Below are positions 12,401 to 25,592 of a stretch of DNA of 64,000 nucleotides, piece after piece. The notes under the pieces are model-generated. The model worked only from the letters and a program-made list of their open reading frames with translations, did not search any database and was not told where the DNA came from. The DNA is from Macrostomum lignano (Eukaryota). A program made the position numbers and the translations under genes. The stretch is from positions 62,001 through 126,000 of the forward strand of contig NIVC01001308.1 in the NCBI GenBank assembly GCA_002269645.1. The letters run 5' to 3'. Each line of letters opens with the position of its first letter. Position 1 is the stretch's first letter.

Positions 12401-15400
12401 CATCCTCTCACCCACAGATACTATAAACACTAGATAGGCCACTCCAGCTAATTTTCACAACACGACAGTTTACTCTACTTTCTGCTTAGTAGTAGTAAAA
12501 ACATTTTAGCGTTATTTATATTTTTTTAAAATAAAAAAACAGATGAATGCAATGCAGCAATTGTATTGATTTTTTGCAAAAAGAAACTTATAATTATACT
12601 TTCCACAATTCAAAGCAACATTGTGAATGCTTTAGATTGCATAGAAGGCTATATTATTGCAGTCTACTATTGTATATTTAGCAAATACGAGCTATATCAT
12701 ATACTCCATAATCCATATTCGTGAAGCAAAATAGAAAGATTTCTCATCTTAATCAGCTCATCTGTTTGTGAAACTCGCAGCGTGCTGTCGAAGAACAGGG
12801 TCGCCAGTCGCCCTTGTTCAGAGGCAGCATTCAGAACGGCCCAACAGATGAAAAAAACTGGCGAATGCGCCACTTCAAGGTCCAGGGATGTATCCGATGG
12901 AGCCAATCCTCAGTGGTTTCGTAACAGGCAGCCGATAAGCAGCAGGACTTTTGTGGTGCAGCTGCAATGAGCTGCTGATGAGATGACATCCTTTGACCAG
13001 AGCACCCCTGACTGCGAGCGCCCTGCCGCCCAGTCGACCGCTGGAAGCTGCGCTAGCCACGCCTCCACAGTCCATGGATGCACGACTGCGCTGCACTTGC
13101 CTTGACCATCGAGAGTTGCCGCTGCAGCCGCTTGATTTGCCTGTCGCTTTCGGGATTGCCGCTGCAGCCGCTTGATTTGCCTGTCGCTTTCGGGATTGCC
13201 GCTGCAGCCGCTTGATTTGCCTGTCGCTTTCGGGATTGCCGCTGCAGCCGCTTGATTTGCCTGTCGCTTTCGGGATTGCCGCTGCAGCCGCTTGATTCGC
13301 CTGTCACTTTCGGGATTGCCGCTGCAGCCGCTTGATTCGCCTGTCACTTTCGGGATCGTTGCTGCAGCCGCTTGATCTTTGCCTCTAGCGCTTGGAACCC
13401 GCGAATCGGCTGCAGAGGTGAGAGCTTTCAGCCGCAACAGCTGTTCTCGGCGCAGAATCTGGTAGCCGAAGGTTGCTCTGCCACAGCACTGGCAGCAGGC
13501 AAGTCGCAGGCTCGGCTGCAGATAGATTGCTAATTGGCCCCAGCACTGGAGGGTACATGTCGTCTGCCTCTTCATCGTTTATCAGTCCTTTGCACAGAGG
13601 GTAGCTGGTCTATTTGAACGAGCCGAGGCAGCATCAACTCTTGGTGTGGGATTGCGTCCCAGCGAAAACAGATGTCTTGCACATCCGTGGCACTTTGTAA
13701 GGCAGCAGTAGGCCTCGTCCATAAAGTGCAAGCTGAACACACGGAGGCCCCGTGATTTAATTGTTTATAAAGATCAATATCCACGCTCCTGTAGTAGCTG
13801 CTGCCAGCGCTTCGCCAGTGTCATCTTTTGGTAATTTATGCATTCGCAACGGATTTTTCTTTCTCGGATGTTAATAGCACTAGTACAAAGCTCGTGCAAG
13901 TGGGAGCACAGCAGTGGTTCGAATCAAAACATTTCTCGAGTACAAGATTAGATAGAAAAGCTAGTATGCACTCGAACTTTCTTTAACTCTGACTCTTGTC
14001 CTGTTCATCTATATAAGCTTGTATTTAAGCACGATTCGCCACCCCCAAATTTTCTAACCCACAACCTCTCAACCCCCACCCCACCCCTAACCCAGGCTAG
14101 CTATGTGCAGTCCTTTATTTTCTATCCCACCACCAGTAGGCCTAAATTATCGATCCACTCACCCTGCCTTATACGAAACTGATATTAACCCTATTCCAGA
14201 CTACCCCCCTTCCTCCACTTTGAAAGATAGCGGCATTGCACACTGTCTGTCGCGTCTTAATGTACACCATTACTGCACAAAACAAGTTAGTTGTTTATGG
14301 CGTTAGCAAAACGATGTCTTAAAAACAGTCACTCGATTTGTCTAATTTAGCAAATAATACTGTTGCTTCCTTTCATTGCTACTAAGCAGAAAGTAGAATA
14401 AAAAACTTGCCCAGAAAATTAGCCTGAGTGGCCTATCTAGTGTTTATAGTATCTGTGCTCTCACCGTTCTTCATCCTCTCACCGTTCCTCATCCTCTCAC
14501 CGTTCTTCATCCTCTCACCGTTCCTCATCCTTTCACCGTTCTTCATCCTCTCACCGTTCCTCATCCTTTCACCGTTCTTCATCCTCTCACCGTTCCTCAT
14601 CCTCTCACCGTTCTTCATCCTCTCACCGTTCCTCATCCTTTCACCGTTCTTCATCCTCTCACCGTTCCTCATCCTTTCACCGTTCTTCATCCTCTCACCG
14701 TTCCTCATCCTCTCACCGTTCTTCATCCTCTCACCGTTCCTCATCCTCTCACCGTTCTTCATCCTCTCACCGTTCCTCATCCTTTCACCGTTCTTCATCC
14801 TCTCACCGTTCCTCATCCTTTCACCGTTCTTCATCCTCTCACCGTTCCTCATCCTCTCACTGTTCCTTATCCTCTCACCGTTTCCCCGTTCTCCCACCGC
14901 CTTCCCTATCTTCTCACCGTCCTCCCAATCGTCCCACCGTCTGACACCCACCCACAACTTAATCTTCATCCAAACCACTCTACCCGATCCAGCCTCCCCT
15001 CCCGGCAGATCCTATTGAACTCCTACCTGGTATATCTCCAGGCTGACGCTCTCTAGCTCGGTGCCGCTGGTGTTGGCGATCTCGCCGGTGACGCGCACCT
15101 GCTCGCCGGGCACGAAGCCCCTCTTCGGTAGTTGGACTCTCACGAGCAGCTTACCAAAGCAGCAGTTGAAACAGTAGCAGCAGTTCACATCGAACTCGTT
15201 CTCAGTGGAAAACGGCCCGATTGCGTCCATTGGCCTCGTGTTCAAATCGAAGTCGCGAATCACCGTGTAGAATGCCTGGGTGTAGTTGTCGAACTTCCAC
15301 GGCCGATCGATGCTGGCCTTGACGTAGTACCGAATCCGACCGACGTCGCCTTCGAATGAGTTGGGCGCGGTTGGCGGGATCTGGAAAGTCAGCGGGTAGT

Positions 15401-16016
15401 AGTACTCTCCCGCAGGGTGGTGCTCGGCGTTCGGGCCCGTGCCGCTAGGAGCTGCGGGTGGCGGATGGCGTTGAGCAGGTAACACACCTGGGTCTAACTA
15501 GTGAACACATTCAGATCTACACACCGAATCTAAAAGGTGGCACCGATATCTAGAAGTAAATTAATCCCTATAGCAGAACTTGATCAGAGAGTAATATAAC
15601 TCACTAAACACCGGAACTTTCTGTTCAATGTAGATTTCCTCAGATGAGTAGTGTTTGGTGTAGGAGCTCTTCCCGGATTGCTTGCGTTCAGTCCAGTGGA
15701 CGTAACTGTTGCCGAATAGTTTAACGTAAATTGCTGGAATGATACAGGCATACGAGTATTTAAGGCCAAGAAACTGACTGACTGACTGACTGACTGACTG
15801 ACTGACTGACTGACTGACTGACTGACTGACTGACTGACTGACTGACTGACTGACTGACTGACTGACTGACTGACAAAACCCATTCCTACCTCGGCACTTG
15901 ACGGGTTCCCGCAGCACCAGATGCACTCTGAGCGCAACTGTCTGCCCGGAGCGGTACACGGCTCGAGGATTTTCGGAGGCATCATCGAACAAAATTTCCA
16001 GCGTTTGAACTTTCAT
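9474..16016 (-). CDS. Alpha-arrestin (arrestin domain-containing protein) paralog A, 390 aa, complete
   Basis: Exons 15890-16016, 15605-15733, 15027-15451, 11344-11523, 10579-10747 and 9474-9616 join in frame. Motifs PAGEYYYPLTFQIP, PNSFEGDVGRIRYYVKA, KRGFVPGE, ELLIGTVPL, and PY motifs PPTY and APSY. Confidence 0.9.
9750..10065 (+). mobile_element. 3'-truncated tRNA-derived SINE copy
   Basis: Aligns with the 54013-54383 SINE from the tRNA-like head (A/B-box-like) through the body. Confidence 0.85.
10860..11222. repeat. 43-bp minisatellite in arrestin A intron 4
   Basis: About 8 copies of AAACACACTCCCCATTGCAGTTTATAGTGCTTGTCCAGACGAT. Confidence 0.95.
12413..14457 (-). mobile_element. Defective P-superfamily DNA transposon (THAP plus partial P transposase)
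   Basis: 44-bp TIRs starting CACAGATACTATAAACACTAG (2 mismatches) and an 8-bp TSD CTCTCACC. Frameshifted THAP pieces (HKLPKD, KRWQQLL, VCS-LHF, RWDAIP) and transposase pieces (SSLQLHHKSPAAYRL, ATLFFDSTLR). Confidence 0.85.
13110..13380. repeat. 40-bp tandem repeat inside the P-like transposase
   Basis: About 6.5 copies of GCCGCTGCAGCCGCTTGATTTGCCTGTCGCTTTCGGGATT. Confidence 0.9.
15775..15873. repeat. (GACT)n microsatellite in arrestin A intron 1
   Basis: About 25 perfect copies. Confidence 0.98.
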
Positions 16017-16149
16017 GGCGGAAAAATCTGTAAGAGGCGAGTTTCGGTGAAGAATTTTGAGCTGGCTGTTTTGGAAACCTGCGGTGTGGAATGAATGTCT
16101 CAAGTGTAAAAAGAGAGACTCCCTGGTGACAGATAGTAAAAATCTCACA

Positions 16150-17972
16150 ATAGAGACGCACTGAGAATCTTACCGTAGAGACACTGAGAATCTTACCATT
16201 GAGACACTGAGAATCTCACCATTGAGACACTGAGAATCTCACCATTGAGACACTGAGAATCTCACCATTGAGACACTGAGAATCTCACCATAGAGACACT
16301 GAGAATCTCACCATAGAGACACTGAGAATCTCACCATAGAGACACTGAGAATCTCACCAAAGAGACACACATAATCTCACCAAAAAGACACTGAGAATCT
16401 CACCAAAGAGACACTGATAATCTCATCAAAGAGCCATTGAGACACTGAGAATCTCACCATTGAGACACTGAGAATCTCACCATTGAGACAAAGACAATCT
16501 CATCATTGAGACAAAGAGAATCTCATCATTGAGACACTGAGAATCTCACCAAAGAGACACACATAATCTCACCAAAAAGACAATGAGAATATCACCAAAG
16601 AGACACTGATAATCTCATCAAAGAGACACTGAGAATCTCACCAAAGAGACACTGAGAATCTCATCAAAGAGACACTGGGAATCTCACCATTAGACAAAGA
16701 GAATCTCATCATTGAGACAAAGAGAATCTCATCATTGAGACAAAGAGAATCTCATCATTGAGACACTGAGAATCTCACCAAAGAGACACTGAGAATCTCA
16801 CCAAAGAGACACTGAGAATCTCACCAAAGAGACACTGAGAATCTCACCATAGAGACACTGAGAATCTCACCATAGAGACACTGAGAATCTCACAATAGAG
16901 ACACTGAGAATCTCACCAAAGAGACACACATAATCTCACCAAAAAGACACTGAGAATCTCACCAAAGAGACACTGATAATCTCATCATTGAGACACTGAG
17001 AATCTCACCAAAGAGACACTGAGAATCTCACCATAGAGACACTGAGAATCTCACCAAAGAGACACTGAGAATCTCACCATAGAGACACTGAGAATCTCAC
17101 CAAAGAGACACTGAGAATCTCACTATAGAGACACTGAGAATCTCACCATAGAGACACTGAGAATCTCACCAAAGAGACACTGAGAATCTCACCATAGAGA
17201 CACTGATAATCTCACCAAAGAGACACTGAGAATCTCACCAAAGAGACACTGAGAATCTCACCAAAGAGACACTGAGAATCTCACCAAAGAGACACTGAGA
17301 ATCTCACCATAGAGACACTGATAATCTCACCAAAGAGACACTGAGAATCTCACCAAAGAGACACTGAGAATCTCACCAAAGAGACACTGAGAATCTCACC
17401 AAAGAGACACTGAGAATCTCATCATAGAGACACTGAGAATCTCACCAAAGAGACACTGAGAATCCCACCAAAGAGACACTGAGAATCTCACCATAGAGAC
17501 ACTGAGAATCTCACCATAGAGACACTGAGAATCTCACCAAAGAGACACTGAGAATCTCACCATAGAGACACTGATAATCTCACCAAAGAGACACTGAGAA
17601 TCTCACCAAAGAGACACTGAGAATCTCACCAAAGAGACACTGAGAATCTCACCAAAGAGACACTGAGAATCTCATCATAGAGACACTGAGAATCTCACCA
17701 AAGAGACACTGAGAATCCCACCAAAGAGACACTGAGAATCTCACCATAGAGACACTGAGAATCTCACCATAGAGACACTGAGAATCTCACCAAAGAGACA
17801 CTGAGAATCTCACCAAAGAGACACTGAGAATCTCACCATAGAGACACTGAGAATCTCATCATAGAGACACTGAGAATCTCACCAAAGAGACACTGAGAAT
17901 CTCACCAAAGAGACACTGAGAATCTCACCATAGAGACACTGAGAATCTCACCAAAGAGACACTGAGAATCTC
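16150..17972. repeat. 23-bp minisatellite (GAGACACTGAGAATCTCACCAWA)n
   Basis: Array of about 1.8 kb. Confidence 0.97.
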
Positions 17973-18479
17973 ACATCTCATGCAAACGAGAAAGACAAAT
18001 TTGCTCACCTAAATTAATTAATTCTGCCGCATTAGAAAAGTTCGTCTCAGTAATTAATGAGTAGTGCAAGTTTGATCTCTCGCTGGCTAATAAAGATTTC
18101 TGTTTAATCAATTCGTCCCCAACTGTAGGTTTTTTGAGCAAACAACCGGACAGAAGGTTGGGGTAAATACAATCGTTTTCTACCCCCTCCCCACACCTCA
18201 GTTCGGACACAGCCACATTGCAATGAGAGAAGAAAGGCGATTGGGCAGGATTATACAAGCTTAGTATGCTGTACGGTTTTATGCCAAGATTAGTGAGCGT
18301 GAAAATGAGAATTTAAATGCAGGAAAACCACGGACTGCGCTGCTGTTTCACGAATAAGAAACACTGCTCAAATAGGGGTGTTTTGCACCTCAGGAATGTA
18401 CTTTTACGCTGTCTGTAGCGTATCTATTATTATATATTGCTTAAATATTGTCTGCATCTACACCTATCATTATAAAGGA

Positions 18480-21360
18480 CTGCTAATCTACACCTATGAT
18501 TAGAATGGATTGCTAATCTGCACCTACATGATTAGATGTATTGCTAATCTACACCTATATGATTAGTTGGATTGCTAATCTACACCTATATGATTAGTTG
18601 GATTGCTAATCTACACCTATATGATTAGATGGATTGCTGATCTGCACCTATGTGATTAGATGTATTGCTAATCTACACCTATATGATTAGTTGGATTGCT
18701 AATCTACACCTATATGATTAGAATGGATTGCTAATCTACACCTATGATTATAATGGATTGCTAATCTACACCTATGATTATAATGGATTGCTAATCTACA
18801 CCTATGATTAGAATGGATTGCTAATCTACAACTAATGATTAGAATGGATTGCTAATCTACACCTATATGATTAGAATGGATTGCTAATCTACAACTAATG
18901 ATTAGAATGGATTGCTAATCTACAACTAATGATTAGAATGGATTGCTAATCTACACCTATGATTATAATGGATTGCTAATCTACACCTATGATTATAATG
19001 GATTGCTAATCTACACCTATGATTATAATGGATTGCTAATCTACACCTATGATTATAATGGATTGCTAATCTACACCTATGATTATAATGGATTGCTAAT
19101 CTACAACTAATGATTATAATGGATTGCTAATCTACAACTAATGATTATAATGGATTGCTAATCTACAACTAATGATTAGAATGGATTGCTAATCTACAAC
19201 TAATGATTATAATGGATTGCTAATCTACAACTAATGATTAGAATGGATTGCTAATCTACACCTATATGATTAGAATGGATTGCTAATCTACACCTATGAT
19301 TATAATGGATTGCTAATCTACACCTATGATTATAATGGATTGCTAATCTACACCTATATGATTATAATGGATTGCTAATCTACACCTATATGATTATAAT
19401 GGATTGCTAATCTACAACTAATGATTAGAATGGATTGCTAATCTACACCTATATGATTATAATGGATTGCTAATCTACAACTAATGATTAGAATGGATTG
19501 CTAATCTACAACTAATGATTAGAATGGATTGCTAAACTACAACTAATGATTAGAATGGATTGCTAATCTACACCTATATGATTAGAATGGATTGCTAATC
19601 TACACCTATATGATTAGAATGGATTGCTAATCTACACCTATATGATTATAATGGATTGCTAATCTACAACTAATGATTAGAATGGATTGCTAATCTACAA
19701 CTAATGATTAGAATGGATTGCTAATCTACACCTATATGATTAGAATGGATTGCTAATCAACAACTAATGATTAGAATGGATTGCTAATCTACAACTAATG
19801 ATTATAATGGATTGCTAATCTACACCTATGATTATAATGGATTGCTAATCTACACTAATGATTAGAATGGATTGCTAATCTACAACTAATGATTAGAATG
19901 GATTGCTAATCTACACCTATATGATTAGAATGGATTGCTAATCAACAACTAATGATTAGAATGGATTGCTAATCTACACTAATGATTATAATGGATTGCT
20001 AATCTACAACTAATGATTAGAATGGATTGCTAATCTACACTAATGATTATAATGGATTGCTAATCTACAACTAATGATTAGAATGGATTGCTAATCTACA
20101 ACTAATGATTATAATGGATTGCTAATCTACACCTATGATTATAATGGATTGCTAATCTACACTAATGATTATAATGGATTGCTAATCTACAACTAATGAT
20201 TATAATGGATTGCTAATCTACACCTATGATTATAATGGATTGCTAATCTACACCTATGATTATAATGGATTGCTAATCTACAACTAATGATTAGAATGGA
20301 TTGCTAATCTACACCTATATGATTAGAATGGATTGCTAATCTACAACTAATGATTATAATGGATTGCTAATCTACACCTATGATTATAATGGATTGCTAA
20401 TCTACACCTATGATTATAATGGATTGCTAATCTACACCTATATGATTAGAATGGATTGCTAATCTACACCTATATGATTAGAATGGATTGCTAATCTACA
20501 CCTATATGATTAGAATGGATTGCTAATCTACAACTAATGATTAGAATGGATTGCTAATCTACAACTAATGATTAGAATGGATTGCTAATCTACACCTTTG
20601 ATTAGAATGGATTGCTAATCTACACCTATGATTATAATGGATTGCTAATCTACACCTATGATTATAATGGATTGCTAATCTACAACTAATGATTAGAATG
20701 GATTGCTAATCTACACCTATATGATTAGAATGGATTGCTAATCTACAACTAATGATTATAATGGATTGCTAATCTACACCTATGATTATAATGGATTGCT
20801 AATCTACACCTATGATTATAATGGATTGCTAATCTACACCTTTGATTAGAATGGATTGCTAATCTACAACTAATGATTAGAATGGATTGCTAATCTACAA
20901 CTAATGATTATAATGGATTGCTAATCTACACCTATGATTATAATGGATTGCTAATCTACACCTATGATTATAATGGATTGCTAATCTACAACTAATGATT
21001 AGAATGGATTGCTAATCTACACCTATATGATTAGAATGGATTGCTAATCTACAACTAATGATTATAATGGATTGCTAATCTACACCTATGATTATAATGG
21101 ATTGCTAATCTACACCTATGATTATAATGGATTGCTAATCTACACCTTTGATTAGAATGGATTGCTAATCTACAACTAATGATTAGAATGGATTGCTAAT
21201 CTACAACTAATGATTATAATGGATTGCTAATCTACACCTATGATTATAATGGATTGCTAATCTACACCTATGATTATAATGGATTGCTAATCTACAACTA
21301 ATGATTAGAATGGATTGCTAATCTACACCTAAGATGAGATGGATTGCTAATCTACACTAC
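18480..21360. repeat. 30-32-bp minisatellite (ATGGATTGCTAATCTACACCTATGATTAGA)n
   Basis: Array of about 2.9 kb with interspersed length variants. Confidence 0.97.
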
Positions 21361-21914
21361 GAACAAATACATGTACATGTATACTGGATTATAGATACAT
21401 TACTAAAGTTGCCATAACTACCAAGATAAGTAAATGAGACTTACCACACAAAATGATAAAACACTGACAGGCCTTCGCCAATAACTGGCAGAAATTTTTT
21501 AAAGCTCGCCCAGAGATACCGCTGCTCGAGTTCGCCGCACTTTTTAAGCAATCTCGCAACCAATGCTGTCCAATGGCGTGGGAAGCCCAGAGGTCGATAA
21601 GAAGGTATAGAGAGTGACTGTGAACGTACGGCTTGCCTCACAGCTCAACCTGATAAGAAATGCTTGTTGCTATTTTTGGTTAATCTTTAAAAAAAGCAGT
21701 TTAGCCCAAATAGACTTAAGCTGCGATGCGATACCCTCCTGAGCATGACTTTTGCAGTCATATTATTTTGAGAAAATGCATTCATAAGAATTGTACTTTA
21801 ACTCCTTGCCTTTGCTGTACCAATTATAAATTCATGCATACGAGTCATTGCGCCTGTCTTGGATCATGCTCACTCAATTTATAGTTGTACAGGGGTTACA
21901 AAATAAATCAATAG

Positions 21915-23635
21915 TGACAAAACTGAAATCAAGAGTGACAAAACTGACATCAAGAGTGACAAAATGACATCAAGAGTGACAAAACTGGCATCAAGAGTGA
22001 CAAAACTGACATCAAGAGAAACAAAAATGTCATCAAGAGTGACAAAACTGACATCAAGAGTGACAAAATGACATCAAGAGTGACAAAACTGGCATCAAGA
22101 GTGACAAAATGACATCAAGAGTGACAAAACTGGCATCAAGAGTGACAAAACTGACATCAAGAGAAACAAAAATGCCATCAAGAGTGACAAAACTGGCATC
22201 AAGAGTGACAAAACTGACATCAAGAGAAACAAAAATGCCATCAAGAGTGACAAAACTGGCATCAAGAGTGACAAAACTGACATCAAGAGAAACAAAAATG
22301 CCATCAAGAGTGACAAAACTGACATCAAGAGTGACAAAACTGACATCAAGAGTGACAAAATGACATCAAGAGTGACAAAACTGGCATCAAGAGTGACAAA
22401 ATGACATCAAGAGTGACAAAACTGGCATCAAGAGTGACAAAATGACATCAAGAGTGACAAAACTGGCATCAAGAGTGACAAAACTGACATCAAGAGTGAC
22501 AAAATGACATCAAGAGTGACAAAACTGACATCAAGAGTGACAAAATGACATCAAGAGTGACAAAACTGGCATCAAGAGTGACAAAACTGACATCAAGAGT
22601 GACAAAATGACATCAAGAGTGACAAAACTGGCATCAAGAGTGACAAAATGACATCAAGAGTGACAAAACTGGCATCAAGAGTGACAAAATGACATCAAGA
22701 GTGACAAAACTGACATCAAGAGTGACAAAACTGGCATCAAGAGTGACAAAACTGACATCAAGAGTGACAAAATGACATCAAGAGTGACAAAATGACATCA
22801 AGAGTGACAAAACTGGCATCAAGAGTGACAAAACTGACATCAAGAGTGACAAAACTGACATCAAGAGTGACAAAATGACATCAAGAGTGACAAAATGACA
22901 TCAAGAGTGACAAAACTGGCATCAAGAGTGACAAAACTGGCATCAAGAGTGACAAAACTGACATCAAGAGTGACAAAACTGACATCAAGAGTGACAAAAT
23001 GACATCAAGAGTGACAAAATGACATCAAGAGTGACAAAACTGGCATCAAGAGTGACAAAACTGTAACATGTCGTTTATCGGTAGTCTCTGAAGGCCTCTC
23101 ATGCCAACTACCTTACACGCCTGCTACCCCTCTGCCACGACAGGCAGAAACTTCGAAGAACTGAGACAAATCCTTTTCTTAGGTTTGAGCTCAAACTTTA
23201 CTGAACTCGGCGGTGGAAAACCTCGGCTCTTCGAATTGCATTGTATTTATAATGCTCGACATTGTGCTCGGGGGCAGTGTTGGGGTGGTGGCGTGATATT
23301 TTTCCGCCCCACCCATCTTATTAGCTTTTTTTGCATAGTTAGCTAGCTAGATACACAGAGGGCACGCATGGTCTGCATGGCTGTTTTAGTGTAGGCAAAT
23401 GGGTGGGTCTAACATTAAAAATCTATGATAAGTTTGTAATAGCATGTCAGCGTTTTGAACGCTGATAAAAACTGACATCAAGAGTGACAAAACTGACATC
23501 AAGAGTGACAAAACTGACATCAAGAGTGACAAAACTGGCATCAAGAGTGACAAAAATGGCACCAAGAGTGGCACAACTGGCATCAAGAGTGACAAAACTG
23601 GCATCAAGAGTGACAAAAATGGCATCAATGTGACA
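21915..23635. repeat. 20/21-bp minisatellite (CATCAAGAGTGACAAAACTGA)n in two blocks
   Basis: Blocks at about 21915-23065 and 23470-23635 flank a non-repeat segment containing an arrestin exon relic. Confidence 0.95.
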
Positions 23636-23889
23636 AAACAAATATTTGATCAATGTAACTTTATTTGATGACAATCTGGCATGACAAGTGTGCATCTAGT
23701 GCTTCTTCGATAAATGAGAAGTTTACTACTATGAGTGGCCACAGGATGCTGCTACTCAGAAAAAATTTTGCAATGACACAAATCGTTAAATTGCGAAAAG
23801 GAGCAATAATTTTTTGTGAAAATTATAATTTAATTTTTTCACTATTATATTGCACAATTTAAGATACTAATAAAAAGCACTCTACCAAC

Positions 23890-24396
23890 CACCCCACTCC
23901 GCTAACCACTCCACTCCGTCATAAACCATACTCTGCCAAACACCTCACTCCGTCAAACACCCCACTCCGTCAAACACCCCACTCCGTCAAACACCCCACT
24001 CCGTCAAACACCCCACTCCGCCAAACACCCCACTCTGCCAAACACCTCACTCCGTCAAACACCCCACTCCGCTAACCACTCCACTCCGTCATAAACCATA
24101 CTCTGCCAAACACCTCACTCCGTCAAACACCCCACTCCGTCAAACACCCCACTCCGCCAAACACCCCACTCCGCCAAACACCCCACTCCGCCAAACACCC
24201 CACTCTGCCAAACACCTCACTCCGTCAAACACCCCACTCCGCCAAACACCCCACTCCGCCAAACACCCCACTCTGCCAAACACCTCACTCCGTCAAACAC
24301 CCCACTCCGCCAAACACCCCACTCCGCCAAACACCCCACTCTGCCAAACACCTCACTCCGTCAAACACCCCACTCCGCCAAACACCCCACTCCGCC
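23890..24396. repeat. 17-bp minisatellite (CAAACACCCCACTCCGY)n
   Basis: Directly visible tandem array. Confidence 0.95.
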
Positions 24397-25592
24397 AGTC
24401 TTACTTTACTCTAACGAAACAAGTAAAGTAAAACAACTAAAATCACATAACTCTAAGACCAAAGATTCTTTAGAGTCTGCGAGCTGCACCCCCACCTGCA
24501 GCTCAACTGCGTCGGCTTGAAAGCAATCGAGTCAAAAGTCAGTCTTGCTGGTGTTGATGAGGCTGTCTCGAAGGTCGATCGCTTCGCCGGGCACCAAGCC
24601 TCGTTTTTCCAGGTGCAGGCGCACCTGAATCCTGCCTGAATCCTGAAGTACAGCTGGAATTGCCCAAATTTCAAATGGAAACGAGAATTAATTCGCTCCA
24701 ACCCAACCCTGAGGAGAGATAAAGGATTAGATCGATGCATACTGTACAAACGCGATCATGCGTACATTTTCAAGGCCAAGTGGTGAACACTTTTACGCCT
24801 GTCCTTCTTATGGCTACGTTCAAAGGAGTATATTACTGTACGGGTATATGGATATCTGCGTGCACTTTTTCTATGGGTGAACGAGTGCCCGCAGGGGTTG
24901 ACCTTGTATGAAAAGAATGCAGACGAAGTACACAAATTGAACTCAATTGCACTTTTTCAGCACTCGCATTGTTATGCTCTACATCTTTATGACTCCTTTA
25001 CATGTACTTTACTGTACATGTAGGCTAGTATAGAAAGCACTGACTGAGTAGTCTATGCGCTGGGTGAGGAGTGCTCTTACAAGTTTAGCTACATGTACAG
25101 TAACTTCCTCAGCAGAATCTTGCATTGTTTTCTATTGTTTTATATTGTTTTCTAGAACAATTATTGGAAGTACAATGTACATGTACATGTACCGGTATTT
25201 CATCAAATTTTAAAGCTGGCTTCATACATGTAGTTGTGTTTCATGATGCAGAGGCGTATTGAGAAAATTTAATATAGTTGGAGCTGGGGCCTCAATCCAA
25301 GAGAGACAAATATAATTATATTTCGGTGTCTTGGTTGGTTCCGGCCAGCTCTTGGTTGGCGCCCCCTCAGCTGTATCTTAATAGGCGCCCTGTCTTTTGG
25401 TGGGCGCCCCGTCTCTTAGTAGGTACCACAGTGGTATATCACACAGAATGTTCATTCGCCTAATTAAAAACTATGAACGAATTAAAACGCCACGACCCAC
25501 TCTTGGGTTGAAGAAAGCAAGTAGCACAAACCATATAGACACTGCAAAAGTAGCTTACATGTATATTTGCTCAATGCTTATTCGTTCATCGC

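Larger units (their letters stand above)
12055..14885. repeat. 18-bp minisatellite (CATCCTCTCACCGTTCYT)n, split by a P-like transposon
   Basis: Same-orientation arrays at about 12055-12412 and 14458-14885. Confidence 0.95.
21445..25400 (-). pseudogene. Degraded alpha-arrestin paralog E
   Basis: Exon-like relics in correct order: about 25290-25400 (KIQLRG..KSWPE), 24496-24905 (SFE..H, VRLHLEKRGLVPGE, in-frame TGA), 23070-23250 (NSKSR..SSVKF..FLPV) and 21445-21650 (weak, IGQHW). Multiple stops and frameshifts. Confidence 0.6.

Noticed and set aside
16150-24396. Regular short repeats resembling CRISPR arrays
   Set aside because: Units are head-to-tail with no unique spacers, there are no cas genes, and the context is eukaryotic.
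25278-25463. Candidate last exon of arrestin B
   Set aside because: The - strand translation fits a frameshifted exon-2-like relic (KIQLRG..KSWPE) of pseudogene E better and has no PY motif.
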